This document shows positions 1 to 9,653 of a stretch of 64,000 nucleotides of DNA, piece by piece; positions within the stretch are counted from its first letter, which is position 1; every line of letters begins with the position of its first letter. A program made the position numbers and the translations under genes. The stretch spans positions 1-64,000 of IMG/VR virus record IMGVR_UViG_3300046804_004458; one strand, written 5' to 3'. The notes beneath the pieces were generated by a model. That model searched no databases. It was not told the DNA's origin and saw nothing but the letters and a program-made list of their open reading frames with translations. This DNA comes from a virus.

Positions 1-891
1 GCATTTGTTGCACCTGATGGTTTTGCACTACTTAATGCTGACTATAGTTCACAGGAATCCAGGGTACTGGCAGAAGTATCAGGTGATGAGGCTATGATTA
101 ATTTCTTTAATAATGGTCATCCTATACATGGTAGTGACTACCATTGTTTTACAGCTACTAAGATGTTCTCACTAATGAGGAATGATCCTAATCTTATAAT
201 TACCAAAAAGACACATCCTGATGAGAGAAATGCTGCTAAAAGTATATCCTTTAAAATAGCTTATGGTGGCAGTGCACATACTCTTAAAGATGATTTTGGT
301 GTAGAGGAAGATGTTGCTCAGGAGTTTATAGATAGTTACATGAAAGCTTTTCCGGCACTTGACAACTACTTTAAAGCAGGTAGAGAGAAAGCTGTTAAAT
401 GGGGATATGTAGACATTGTACCTGATAGAAGATACTGGGAACCAGACCACAAAAGAATGGAGGAAGTAAGGAAGCAATGCACCAAATACTACCCAAGAGA
501 TTACAAGGATCTACCTGAGGAAGAGAAAGTAAAATTCCGTAAGAAACTTACAGAAGATAATCCTGAACTAAAAGGTATGTGGAGTGAGTACTACCAGCTT
601 AAAGGCAGCATAGAGAGATGTTCACAAAACTATCCTATCCAGGGCTTGGCTGGTTCACAAACTAAGATGGCAGGTGTGCTGTTCAGAAGGTATCAAATAG
701 AGAATAACCTGAGGGACAAACTTTATCTGACTTCCCTGGTACATGATGAGTGTCTGTCTGAAGTAGTCAAAGAAATGGCAGAAGAAGGACTTAAAGTATT
801 AGAAGAAAAAATGATAGAAGGTGCCAACTTATTCTGCAAAAAAGTGAAGATGGGAGCAACGGGAAACATCTGTGAGTACTGGAGTCACTAA
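1..891 (+). CDS. polA: Family A DNA polymerase, C-terminal part (5' end outside window)
   Basis: Frame is open from base 1 (AFVAPDGFALLNADYSSQESRVLAEVSGD = motif A). Motif B RNAAKSISFKIAYG, NYPIQG and motif C VHDE are present. Confidence 0.95.
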   Translation, partial: AFVAPDGFALLNADYSSQESRVLAEVSGDEAMINFFNNGHPIHGSDYHCFTATKMFSLMRNDPNLIITKKTHPDERNAAKSISFKIAYGGSAHTLKDDFGVEEDVAQEFIDSYMKAFPALDNYFKAGREKAVKWGYVDIVPDRRYWEPDHKRMEEVRKQCTKYYPRDYKDLPEEEKVKFRKKLTEDNPELKGMWSEYYQLKGSIERCSQNYPIQGLAGSQTKMAGVLFRRYQIENNLRDKLYLTSLVHDECLSEVVKEMAEEGLKVLEEKMIEGANLFCKKVKMGATGNICEYWSH

Positions 892-926
892 GCCTCACAT
901 TGATTAAGAAATATGTATCAAAAAGC

Positions 927-957
927 TTGTAAAATCAAGGGTTTCAGTGTATATTGT
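927..957 (+). promoter_or_regulatory. Putative Bacteroidota-type promoter (TTG-N20-TATATTGT)
   Basis: Same TTG-N20-TA spacing as the sites at 17814, 20504, 26766(-) and 52760(-). Lies upstream of the ATG at 981. Confidence 0.55.
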
Positions 958-980
958 GTACCCTTTCAAAAATTAATAAC

Positions 981-1484
981 ATGCCAGTTACACTGCAGCA
1001 ATACAACAATATCAAAGCATTTCTGAAAGGGAATCCTGAAGGTAGTTACGAAAACTGGTTTAATCAATACAAACCTAAGAAAGAAAAAGTTAACAAAGAA
1101 TATTCAGAAGAGTTTGAGGCTTGGTGGTCTATATATCCAACAACAGCAACATTTGATTTTAATGGTGTAAAGTTTAGAGCTACCAGAATATTAAGAGAAG
1201 ATAAGGCAACTACTTACAGGTGTTATGAAGAAGCTAAGAAAAAACACAATGTAACTGATAGCCAGTTATTACATGCACTAAAGGTAGAAGTACAGCAGAG
1301 GAAAGATGCTACTTGGAAAAGATACCAAAAAACCCACAGCCTTGATTATAGTGACTTTCAGTACATGAAAGCTTCTGCAGCTTATCTTAATTCAGGTAGA
1401 TTTAACTATTACATAGATGAGAAACTTGAAGAGAATACACAAGACACCACACCTGTACAAGCTTTTAATTCCATAGATATATGA
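981..1484 (+). CDS. Putative replication initiator / helicase-loader-like protein
   Basis: EEFEAWWSIYP...ASAAYLN resembles phage replisome-organiser C-terminal domains. Overlaps the helicase start. ATG 981 preferred over TTG 954. Confidence 0.5.
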   Translation: MPVTLQQYNNIKAFLKGNPEGSYENWFNQYKPKKEKVNKEYSEEFEAWWSIYPTTATFDFNGVKFRATRILREDKATTYRCYEEAKKKHNVTDSQLLHALKVEVQQRKDATWKRYQKTHSLDYSDFQYMKASAAYLNSGRFNYYIDEKLEENTQDTTPVQAFNSIDI

Positions 1485-2554
1485 GTACAGAGTTTAGCCA
1501 GATTTTACAGGAGATTGAAGCAGGTAAGGAGGGTAGGAATCATAGTATTTCTATGGGATTTACCAAGCTTAACAAGTACATGGGTATAAGAAAAAAGATC
1601 ATGACATTGGTTTTTGGTTCTACTGGCTCAGGTAAGTCAAGTCTTGTGCATGATGCATGGATACTTAATCCATTTGATTGGTATATGGCTAATAAGCACA
1701 GTACTAATCTAAAAATGAAGGTTATCCTGTTTTCATATGAGAGAAGTAAGATCTATACTAAAACCAAGTGGCTATCCAGGAAAATCTTTAAAGACCATGG
1801 TATACTAATACCTATAGGAAAAATGTTAGGTTGGTGGGCTAATAATAAGCTAAATCTTGATGAGCATGATTTGATAATGATGTATGAAGACTACATCAAT
1901 GAGCTATGTGAGTTTGTGATTATCAAGGAAGGAGCTGATAATCCTACGGGCTCTTATAAGTTTATGAAGAAGTTTGCTGAGGAGAGGGGTAAAATAGAGC
2001 AGGTGTCTGAGTACAATAAGGTGTATATCCCCAACAATCCTTATGAGCTGGTAATACCTATAGTGGATCACATTGGCCTAGTGAGAATGGAAAGAGGGTA
2101 TACTACCAAAAAAGAAGCTATTGACAAGCTCACAGAATATGCCCAGGAATGGAGGGACTTCTTTGGCTATACACCTGTGTTTGTAGCACAGATAACCAGA
2201 GAATTGGGCAGTGTACAGTACCAGAAAATGGATTCTTTTGAGCCTACAGTAGACCAGATAAAAGAATCAGGTGCACCGGGTGAAGCAGCAGATGTTATCC
2301 TTAGTCTTTTTGACCCACTAAGATACAATACTACTGTACCTGGGTATGATGCAAACAAATTTGTAAACAAAGATACAGGTGCTAAGCATTTTAGGAGTGT
2401 AAAAATCCTGAAGAATACCTATGGAGAAGATTCTATAAGAGTAGGTTGTGCTTTTCAGGGAGCTACAGGTATGTTTAAGGAGCTGCCTCACAAAGACAAA
2501 ATAACAGAAGATGTATATAATTCAGTATTAAGTGGAGCTTATTTTCTACAGTAA
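1481..2554 (+). CDS. dnaB: DnaB-like replicative helicase
   Basis: Walker A GSTGSGKS, FSYE, Walker B IVDHI, VAQITR, IKESG..GEAAD, ILKN. Confidence 0.88.
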   Translation: MSTEFSQILQEIEAGKEGRNHSISMGFTKLNKYMGIRKKIMTLVFGSTGSGKSSLVHDAWILNPFDWYMANKHSTNLKMKVILFSYERSKIYTKTKWLSRKIFKDHGILIPIGKMLGWWANNKLNLDEHDLIMMYEDYINELCEFVIIKEGADNPTGSYKFMKKFAEERGKIEQVSEYNKVYIPNNPYELVIPIVDHIGLVRMERGYTTKKEAIDKLTEYAQEWRDFFGYTPVFVAQITRELGSVQYQKMDSFEPTVDQIKESGAPGEAADVILSLFDPLRYNTTVPGYDANKFVNKDTGAKHFRSVKILKNTYGEDSIRVGCAFQGATGMFKELPHKDKITEDVYNSVLSGAYFLQ

Positions 2555-2569
2555 AAAACAACACAACAT

Positions 2570-3370
2570 ATGAGTGAAACAAAAAGTGGTGCAGAGAAGA
2601 AAGGTATAATTCTCCCCACAACAGTACAGAAAGCAAAAACAGTAAATCCAAAAACTCTTGTCTTGTATGGCAAGCCTAAGACAGGTAAGACAACTGCTCT
2701 ATCAAAATTAAACAACTGTTTAATTATTGATGTAGAAAATGGTAGTGCATTTATTGATGGTATGATTATGCAGCCACCTGAGAATGCAGGCCCTGTGTCA
2801 AGATTTAAATGGTTAAAGGAGCTTGCAGCTACTATTAAAGAAGCAGGTAAGCCCTATGATTATGTAGCCATTGACACATTATCACAGCTTGATATGGATG
2901 CTGAGTGGGTTGGTACTTGGAATTATATGAACTCTATTACAGGTAAGAAATTTAACAGGGATGAGAATGGGCAAATAATAAAACCTTCTGATCCTAATTA
3001 TCAAAGTGTATTAACTCTTGGAAATGGTTATGGTTACAGGTATACCAGAGAAGCTATTATGGATATATATGAAAGTCTTAAAGATTTGGGTAGAGTATGT
3101 ACCATATTTGTTTGCCATGTAGCAGATAAAATGGTAGCAAGTAAGAATGGTGAAGAAGTAATGGTAAAGGATTTAGCATTAGTTGGTAAGACAAGAGATA
3201 TTATACCAAGGTTATGTGATGCAATAGCCAATGTATGGAATGAAGAAGGGGAACTGATGATTTCTTTTATAGGTGATAACCAAAAGATAGGTGGTGTAAG
3301 GGCTAGACACCTGTTAGGGTTTAGTGGTAAATTAAACTGGGACAGTATATTTATTAAAACAGAAGATTAA
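2570..3370 (+). CDS. AAA_24 / Sak4-like P-loop ATPase
   Basis: LYGKPKTGKTT, IIDVENGS, VAIDTLS, FVCH. Confidence 0.8.
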   Translation: MSETKSGAEKKGIILPTTVQKAKTVNPKTLVLYGKPKTGKTTALSKLNNCLIIDVENGSAFIDGMIMQPPENAGPVSRFKWLKELAATIKEAGKPYDYVAIDTLSQLDMDAEWVGTWNYMNSITGKKFNRDENGQIIKPSDPNYQSVLTLGNGYGYRYTREAIMDIYESLKDLGRVCTIFVCHVADKMVASKNGEEVMVKDLALVGKTRDIIPRLCDAIANVWNEEGELMISFIGDNQKIGGVRARHLLGFSGKLNWDSIFIKTED

Positions 3371-3406
3371 AATAACAAAAACTAGTAACAACTAAAAAAT
3401 AATTGT

Positions 3407-4351
3407 ATGATCTTAACTAAAAGTGAAGTAAAAAGCAGCAATAATTCTAAAATTGGCTTCTTTAAAGGCAAACCATTATGTGTTAATCCTACCAGACAAC
3501 AGCTATCTGAAATCTTAGGTTTTGAAAACAATGAAGAAAAAGGAGAGTTCTCTTATTCAGGTACAACAAAAACAGGAGATGATTATGTAAAGATTAAGTT
3601 CTGGCTTGAAGCTGACACAAAAGACAAGTTTCCTGTAGAGTTTATGCTTATCAACAAGCCTGCAGCAAATAAAGGTGGTGATAAAGTACAATATGTAAAT
3701 CAAACAGGTATAAACCAATATGCTGAGTCTGAAGATAAACTGTGGGAAAGTTTTAAGTTTTATACGGAGAAAGACAAAGATGATAAGACCAAATGGGTAA
3801 ATATAGCACCATGTGCATTTAGGCCAGCTATTCAGGGTGAGGCTTCTTTGTATACTTTCATGAGGGCTATGTTTGGATGTGAAGGTAATGACTGGAAACA
3901 ATCCAAAGTAAACTTTTACTATGACAAAAAGAAGAATGCAGATGAGCAGAATAGTATCTTTTTAGATATAAAAAAGCTGTTTGCAAACCCTGATAAGTAT
4001 ATAAATGACAATATTGGATCTTTAATTAGGGCCTCTAAAGAAGAGAGTATTATAGGTGATGTTGTATGTCTTGCTACTGTGAAAATGGATGATGACAATA
4101 AGAACTACCAGAAAATTTATGGTGGATTTATGTCCGGCTATATGATGAAGCAGGTAAACATAGGCATTACAACTGGTGCTTTTACAGGTAATACTTTCTT
4201 AAAGAAGTGGAAAGAAAGCTTTGATAAGTGGAATTACAAAGAAGCAACTGTTCTTGGTGCTCTTCAACCATTTGATCCAGATACATACAAGCCAGCAATT
4301 AATGAGCTTATACAAGTAGAAGATACACCTGTAGATGATACAGACTTTTAA
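3407..4351 (+). CDS. Putative single-stranded DNA-binding protein
   Basis: Follows the Sak4-like gene and has an acidic tail ending DDTDF. CVNPT motif as recalled from crAss-like SSB candidates. Confidence 0.5.
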   Translation: MILTKSEVKSSNNSKIGFFKGKPLCVNPTRQQLSEILGFENNEEKGEFSYSGTTKTGDDYVKIKFWLEADTKDKFPVEFMLINKPAANKGGDKVQYVNQTGINQYAESEDKLWESFKFYTEKDKDDKTKWVNIAPCAFRPAIQGEASLYTFMRAMFGCEGNDWKQSKVNFYYDKKKNADEQNSIFLDIKKLFANPDKYINDNIGSLIRASKEESIIGDVVCLATVKMDDDNKNYQKIYGGFMSGYMMKQVNIGITTGAFTGNTFLKKWKESFDKWNYKEATVLGALQPFDPDTYKPAINELIQVEDTPVDDTDF

Positions 4352-4369
4352 TTTTTTATTCACAACCTA

Positions 4370-4400
4370 GGGAGAGGTGTAACAGCCTCTCCCATTTTTA
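4370..4400 (+). terminator. Intrinsic terminator
   Basis: GGGAGAGG-loop-CCTCTCCC followed by ATTTTT. Confidence 0.8.
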
Positions 4401-4420
4401 ATTTTTAAATTTAAAAAACA

Positions 4421-4699
4421 ATGATAACAAAAGCTAATTTGGTAGCAGTAGAAAATGAAGGATTAATCATTTTGTTAAATGAGGAAGTTCTTATCATGTG
4501 TTTTAATTATTTCTATGCTGGAATATTGGTAGGGGTAAATGACAAATACATAAAATTAAAAAACTGCCATATTGTATATGAAACTGGTGAATGGTCGGCA
4601 AAGAACTATAAAGATGCTCAAAAGGTATCAGAAGAGCACTATATTCAACTCTCATCAATAGAAAGCTACACTAAAACATCAAAATTAAAATTAAAATAG
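4421..4699 (+). CDS. Small beta-rich, putative Sm-like phage protein
   Basis: NYFYAGILVGVNDKYIKLKNCHIVYETG...IQLSSIES has Sm1/Sm2-like spacing. Directly precedes the (Ser-X)n ORF. Confidence 0.55.
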   Translation: MITKANLVAVENEGLIILLNEEVLIMCFNYFYAGILVGVNDKYIKLKNCHIVYETGEWSAKNYKDAQKVSEEHYIQLSSIESYTKTSKLKLK

Positions 4700-4700
4700 T

Positions 4701-4865
4701 ATGGTAAATCAACCACATAGCAGACTGGAAAGAGGGTCTGTGTCATGTTCAGGGTCAGGGTCGGTGTCATGTTCATGGTCAAAGTCATGGTCAGGGTCGG
4801 TGTCATGTTCATGGTCAAAGTCATGGTCAGGGTCAATGTCATGGTCATGGTCAATAGCACTATAA
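4701..4865 (+). CDS. 54-aa (Ser-X)n repeat micro-protein (missing from ORF track)
   Basis: MVNQPHSRLERGSVSCSGSGSVSCSWSKSWSGSVSCSWSKSWSGSMSWSWSIAL*. ATG is 1 nt after the upstream stop. Confidence 0.7.
   Translation: MVNQPHSRLERGSVSCSGSGSVSCSWSKSWSGSVSCSWSKSWSGSMSWSWSIAL
4737..4853. repeat. Hexamer-period TCN-NNN array with a 36-bp duplication
   Basis: tca/tcg codon every 6 nt. The unit GGTCAGGGTCGGTGTCATGTTCATGGTCAAAGTCAT occurs twice in tandem. Confidence 0.9.
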
Positions 4866-4899
4866 TATTATTTTTTAATCTTTAAACAAACAAAATAGA

Positions 4900-5244
4900 A
4901 TGAATACAGAATCAGTATTTCCAGCAAGTTTAGACACAGTTTCACCAGAAGAATTAGCAACCACAATAGCTAGTGTAATTATGGGTACAGAGAATGCACC
5001 TATTGAGAAGAAAACAAGGCAACGTAGGATGACAGATGGTAAGGCACCAGTAAAGCTTCAGAGCACTGAAGACTTTATTAAAAACATGCAGGAGAAGATA
5101 GACATGATCCGGATATTGGATGGTGTAACTATGGGGGAAATACCAAATAATATGAGCAAAGCAAACCGGGATATTATAGTAGAGTTCCAAAGGGAGCATG
5201 ATGCACTGGTAAAGAAGTTCATGGAACGTATCCAAAAAGCATAG
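4900..5244 (+). CDS. Hypothetical protein
   Basis: ORF with A-rich leader. Confidence 0.7.
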   Translation: MNTESVFPASLDTVSPEELATTIASVIMGTENAPIEKKTRQRRMTDGKAPVKLQSTEDFIKNMQEKIDMIRILDGVTMGEIPNNMSKANRDIIVEFQREHDALVKKFMERIQKA

Positions 5245-5245
5245 T

Positions 5246-5425
5246 ATGACCAACCGATTAAGTAAGGAAGAATATGATCAGATGGCATCAGAGATTTCTG
5301 GTGCCTCTGTTTCTGTATGGGATGAAGGGTTGGAATGTACTGAAGATGGTATTATACTAGAAACTCTATGGCCAATATTGGATAAGTATTTAAAACCAAA
5401 AGAAAATGGCAAAATATCTGATTGA
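5246..5425 (+). CDS. Small hypothetical protein, 59 aa
   Basis: MTNRLSKEEYDQ...ISD*. Fills the gap between neighbours with coupled start/stop. Confidence 0.6.
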   Translation: MTNRLSKEEYDQMASEISGASVSVWDEGLECTEDGIILETLWPILDKYLKPKENGKISD

Positions 5426-5873
5426 AGTAGAAGTAAATGAAGATAAACTACGTAGATACAATGATATAGATGTAGGTGAAGAAAATGAGTATGAACAGAG
5501 TGTAGATTCTCTTATAATGCAAGAAATGGGTTGGACAGAAGAATCTGGTATTTACGTAACCTCTGTAAAAGAAGTAGAATCAGATGTTACTGGTAAATAC
5601 CAAGTACCAAAAGATGTATGGGAATTTGTGTCACAATACTATCCTGATTATTATCACTCTAATGAAATAGCACAGGAAGGTGATTTACATAAACTTGTAG
5701 AGAAAGACTACGAAGAAGGTGATTGTGCTGATAAATTGTTGAAGGATGAATATGGTGGAGATATTGATAATCCTCAAATATTTACTGATTGGGAAGCAGC
5801 TAATCGTGATATACTGGAAAAAGCAATTGAGGGATATATTGAATCACTAAAAGGAAAAAGTGAAAATGGTTAG
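5406..5873 (+). CDS. Acidic hypothetical protein
   Basis: ORF in a tightly packed operon. Confidence 0.7.
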   Translation: MAKYLIEVEVNEDKLRRYNDIDVGEENEYEQSVDSLIMQEMGWTEESGIYVTSVKEVESDVTGKYQVPKDVWEFVSQYYPDYYHSNEIAQEGDLHKLVEKDYEEGDCADKLLKDEYGGDIDNPQIFTDWEAANRDILEKAIEGYIESLKGKSENG

Positions 5874-6126
5874 TAGCAAGACAGAGTATAAGACAATAGA
5901 TGTTGAAGGCCTTGCAACAGCTTTAGCTGAGGAAGCCTGGAAAGAAGATACAAAAAATGTTCATGTGTCAGATCTTTATGATATTGAAAGTTATGTGGAT
6001 ACAGATGGACAAATAAGGGTAAAAAAAGAAGTAAAACCGTACTGGGCAAATAACTTTTTTGACATAAAAGAGAATTATTTTATGTTAATTTGTCAATTCA
6101 TTAAGAAAGAAGAAAAGGAAAAGTAA
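5860..6126 (+). CDS. Hypothetical protein
   Basis: Overlapping operon ORF. True start may be ATG 5866. Confidence 0.6.
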   Translation: MKMVSSKTEYKTIDVEGLATALAEEAWKEDTKNVHVSDLYDIESYVDTDGQIRVKKEVKPYWANNFFDIKENYFMLICQFIKKEEKEK

Positions 6127-6136
6127 AAACCATCAT

Positions 6137-7123
6137 ATGCAACTGGAAAAAAGAAAGCCAGTAATACAAATTGAGGACATCTTTGCTAAAACAGATGACT
6201 ACTCCATATACAGGTATTACCTGGGAGAGTTTAAGGTCAATGGGAACATAAGTAGTCCATTTAGGAAAGATAATAATCCTTCTTTTGGTATTTACATGAA
6301 AGATGGCCGGTTATTTCATAATGATATGGGGGATGCTGCTTACCATGGTGATTGCATAGCATTAGTACAGCAGTTATTTAATATTAGTTACCTCGAAGCT
6401 ATCCAAAAAATAGCCAAAGACTTTGGTATTAGTAATACAGGTGTAGATTGCTGTAGTAGGATTGTAAAGTATACAAAACCTGTATTAGAACAAAAAAGAT
6501 ATACAGTTATCAGATGTACTGTCAAAAGTAAGTTTACAAAAGCAGAGATTGAGTATTGGGCTTCTTTTGGTATTACACCTGAAGAGTGTAAAAAAGAAGA
6601 TATCTATGCTATAAAAGAATGGACACTTAATGGGTATAAACAAGAGATTAAAAAGGGGGAACTATGCTTTGGTTATCTGTTTCCAGGTATAGGATGGAAG
6701 ATTTATAAGCCATTAGCAAGTAAAGAAGATAAGTGGAAAAGTAATATTGACATGACTCTGGTGGAGAATAAATGCTCTATACCTGGTGCCAGTAAAGTAT
6801 TAGTTACTAAAGCAAGGAAAGACAGAGTTATACTCAGTAAACTCTTACCTGAATGGGCAGTAGTTAATGTGCAGAATGAGTCAGAACTTTGTTATACTAA
6901 AGAGTTTGTAGAGATGTTGCAAGGCAAAGAGGTAGTGGTAAATTATGACTGTGACCCAGCAGGTAAGAAAGCAAGTTTATTAGTAACAAAAAAGTATGGA
7001 TTTAGGCACATTAATGTACCTGATAAATATTTAGAAGAAGGAATAAAGGATTTGGCAGATCTTTATAAAAAATATGGCCCAGATCCAATAATAACACATT
7101 TCAAAAACAAACAGTTAATATAA
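6137..7123 (+). CDS. dnaG: DNA primase (degenerate Zn-finger-like N-domain plus TOPRIM)
   Basis: SSPFRKDNNPSF, GDCIALVQQL, TKARKD, QNE, NYDCDPAG, KDLAD. Confidence 0.85.
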   Translation: MQLEKRKPVIQIEDIFAKTDDYSIYRYYLGEFKVNGNISSPFRKDNNPSFGIYMKDGRLFHNDMGDAAYHGDCIALVQQLFNISYLEAIQKIAKDFGISNTGVDCCSRIVKYTKPVLEQKRYTVIRCTVKSKFTKAEIEYWASFGITPEECKKEDIYAIKEWTLNGYKQEIKKGELCFGYLFPGIGWKIYKPLASKEDKWKSNIDMTLVENKCSIPGASKVLVTKARKDRVILSKLLPEWAVVNVQNESELCYTKEFVEMLQGKEVVVNYDCDPAGKKASLLVTKKYGFRHINVPDKYLEEGIKDLADLYKKYGPDPIITHFKNKQLI

Positions 7124-7125
7124 CA

Positions 7126-7308
7126 ATGGAAAAGAAAACTTACTACTTAGGTTACAACAGGTACAGCAATCAGGTTATTGTCTACAGCTTACCAGAACAT
7201 GCAGAGAGGTCTAATAGCTACTGGAAAACAATACAATCACATAGTTTAGAAGAGGCAAAAAAGCAGTTTTTAGAAGAGTATTTAGAAGCTAATACAGAAC
7301 ATGAGTAA
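7126..7308 (+). CDS. Hypothetical protein
   Basis: Operon-packed ORF. Confidence 0.55.
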   Translation: MEKKTYYLGYNRYSNQVIVYSLPEHAERSNSYWKTIQSHSLEEAKKQFLEEYLEANTEHE

Positions 7309-7310
7309 CT

Positions 7311-7544
7311 ATGGCAACATATGATATAGTTTGGACTATTACAGAAGAAGTTGATGATGAAGATTTTTCTACTGAAGAACAGAAAATGATAGCAGCAGTA
7401 GAAAGTGCATTTAATAGATTACAAGCACATGGTAATGACTGGGTATGGAATGTAGTGAATAAGCAGACAAACAAGGTCTATGAAATAGACTATGAGTTTG
7501 CAAGTGAAGAGGAAGAACCGGTAATAAAAGAAATAGCATCCTGA
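7311..7544 (+). CDS. Hypothetical protein
   Basis: Operon-packed ORF. Confidence 0.6.
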   Translation: MATYDIVWTITEEVDDEDFSTEEQKMIAAVESAFNRLQAHGNDWVWNVVNKQTNKVYEIDYEFASEEEEPVIKEIAS

Positions 7545-7795
7545 TGAAAAAGTTTTTACCAATAACAGTAACCGTTAATGATGAGACGGAAGAAGATGTT
7601 AAAATACAAAACCAAAATGGAAATGTCTGGATAAGAGTGGGGAGTAAAGAAACAGGTGTGGATATCCAGATAAGACAATCTGAAGATGGTGTAGGTCTAA
7701 TTATTGATGTATGGGATGCTGCTACTTGTGAACAACATTTAGGAACATTACCTGTGTGGTTTGATGACATAAAAACTGAGCAAAATGTACAGTGA
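7544..7795 (+). CDS. Hypothetical protein
   Basis: TGATG stop/start coupling. Confidence 0.6.
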   Translation: MKKFLPITVTVNDETEEDVKIQNQNGNVWIRVGSKETGVDIQIRQSEDGVGLIIDVWDAATCEQHLGTLPVWFDDIKTEQNVQ

Positions 7796-8120
7796 TTTGA
7801 ATGAAAGGATAGAACAGATTTACATAAGGTTCACAGAGGAGCTACCTGATCCAACTTCAGTATGTCTTTTTATGAAAGAGATACAGCCCATCATAGATGA
7901 GTATGAGGAAAAGTTTAAAGGGTGTATTTGCTGGAGTAAGGAAGACTTTTTAGACAGGGCTTTAGAAGCACATGGATATGATCTATACACAGAAGATGAA
8001 GCACAGGAAGACCTTGAAGAAATGATTAACAGCCATGACTGCAATAATGGTATTACCTGGGACACCCTTGATTATTACATTTTACAAAGAATACCAAAAA
8101 ATAAAAGCAGTGAAAAATGA
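7785..8120 (+). CDS. Hypothetical protein
   Basis: Overlapping operon ORF. Confidence 0.65.
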   Translation: MYSDLNERIEQIYIRFTEELPDPTSVCLFMKEIQPIIDEYEEKFKGCICWSKEDFLDRALEAHGYDLYTEDEAQEDLEEMINSHDCNNGITWDTLDYYILQRIPKNKSSEK

Positions 8121-8593
8121 TTTATGATATCCTGTACCGGGATGCTGGAAACTATAAAAAGTTTTTCAGAGCAGAATTTCCGGATAACAAAGATCCAAGA
8201 GAAGAATCTGAATTAACAATGGAAGAATCAGGACTTACAGTAGGTGAGTTCTTTTCTTATATGGGTTGGTCTTATGATCCAGATTATGACCACAACATAC
8301 TTGAAGTGACAGGTGTGAGTGAAGATCAAATAGAAGAGCCACAAATAAGATTCACAGGTGAGCCACAACTACCTAAGTGGAATAAAGACAAAAAAGAAGG
8401 AGAGACAATTAAGCCAGATGAATATCTTCATTTTGCTGTAGATATTCCTAGCATTAACCACATACGACAGGGCAATGCTGAGGAATGGGTAAATGTGGAT
8501 TATTTTGCCACAAAAGAAGAGGCAATTAAATGGGCACAAGATAATCTTGGTGCTGATGAAGAAGGTCGTATATCAGTAATTAGTCAGTTTTAA
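8117..8593 (+). CDS. Hypothetical protein (YRDAGNYK motif)
   Basis: ATGA coupling with the upstream gene. Confidence 0.65.
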   Translation: MIYDILYRDAGNYKKFFRAEFPDNKDPREESELTMEESGLTVGEFFSYMGWSYDPDYDHNILEVTGVSEDQIEEPQIRFTGEPQLPKWNKDKKEGETIKPDEYLHFAVDIPSINHIRQGNAEEWVNVDYFATKEEAIKWAQDNLGADEEGRISVISQF

Positions 8594-8604
8594 ATTAATG
8601 TATT

Positions 8605-8763
8605 ATGCAACTACTATCAAAAATAAAAATATTTTATTTTAGAAATAAAAAAATTGTAGATCTTATAATAGCTCTACTGTGGATTTTTTTGATAGTAGTT
8701 GTAGTTGTAAAAGACTTAAAAGCAAAAACAAATTATGGAAACAATAGAGCAGAAAATATTTGA
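8605..8763 (+). CDS. 52-aa single-pass membrane peptide (missing from ORF track)
   Basis: MQLLSKIKIFYFRNKKIVDLIIALLWIFLIVVVVVKDLKAK...: basic N-terminus plus a hydrophobic stretch. Confidence 0.5.
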   Translation: MQLLSKIKIFYFRNKKIVDLIIALLWIFLIVVVVVKDLKAKTNYGNNRAENI

Positions 8764-9622
8764 CCTTCTTTATTCTGGTCAACTTTGTTGGACAGTTAAC
8801 AAAGAGCAATTGTATACACAAGATGGTAATATAGCAACAGGTGGGTTTGCTACAAGAAGAAGTGATAATGGGAATATTCTTGGCATTGTTGGCAGCAGGT
8901 ATGCACCATTACAAAATCAACAACTTGCCAAAGAATTTCTGGAATCTACAGAGCAGTTTGACTTTAAGAAGATAGAAGCTACACAAGTAAATGGTGGTAA
9001 GAAGGTAGTAATCAAAGCCTATATAGGTGATATACAAATAGGCAAAGATACAGTACACAGGTATATCACAGTATCTAATACCCATGATGGTAGTGCACCT
9101 ATAATGCTTGGTATTTTTAATAAGGTACTGGTGTGCTCCAATGGAATGATGAGGGAAGTAAACCATAAAGAACTTGCAAGGGTTAAACATACAACCAATG
9201 CAGGTGAGAAGATGAATTGGTATATCCGTAATATTCCTTTAATTCTTGCTGAGGAAGAGAAAATGATAAAGACATATCAATCCCTGGCACAGGTAAAAGT
9301 AACAGAGGAGCATATAAAAAGGCTCATCAAAACAGTCTACAAAGTAGATATGGATACACCTGAGGAAGAATTAGCAACAAGAACTGTAAACAGGGTAAAA
9401 GAGTTTGATGATGCACTTACAAAGAATGGCCTTAATGTACATGGCAGGACTTTATGGGGTGTCTTACAAAGTATGACATATTTAAACTCACATGATAAGA
9501 AGGGAACTGTTACTGATGATTATATGTCAGGTGCTAAATATGAGATGTCCAACATGACATATGATCTTTTAGTTAGGATGATGCATGAAGAAACATTGGA
9601 AACAGCAGAAATAGATTATTAG
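8735..9622 (+). CDS. DUF932 / TIGR03299-like phage protein
   Basis: ILGIVGSRYAPLQN, NGGK, NTHDGS, VLVCSNG, RVKHT, TLWG. Confidence 0.8.
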   Translation: METIEQKIFDLLYSGQLCWTVNKEQLYTQDGNIATGGFATRRSDNGNILGIVGSRYAPLQNQQLAKEFLESTEQFDFKKIEATQVNGGKKVVIKAYIGDIQIGKDTVHRYITVSNTHDGSAPIMLGIFNKVLVCSNGMMREVNHKELARVKHTTNAGEKMNWYIRNIPLILAEEEKMIKTYQSLAQVKVTEEHIKRLIKTVYKVDMDTPEEELATRTVNRVKEFDDALTKNGLNVHGRTLWGVLQSMTYLNSHDKKGTVTDDYMSGAKYEMSNMTYDLLVRMMHEETLETAEIDY

Positions 9623-9653
9623 TTTACAATTTGTAAATCATAAATACAATAAT

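Noticed and set aside
430-630. About 50-aa insertion in the PolA fingers region as a possible mini-intein
   Set aside because: It lacks intein terminal residues and looks like an ordinary helical lineage-specific insert.
4666-4860. Minus-strand Thr/Met repeat ORF; CRISPR or DGR interpretation of the repeat
   Set aside because: It is the antisense shadow of the coupled + strand Ser-repeat ORF. There is no repeat-spacer structure, no reverse transcriptase and no adenine-specific TR/VR pair.
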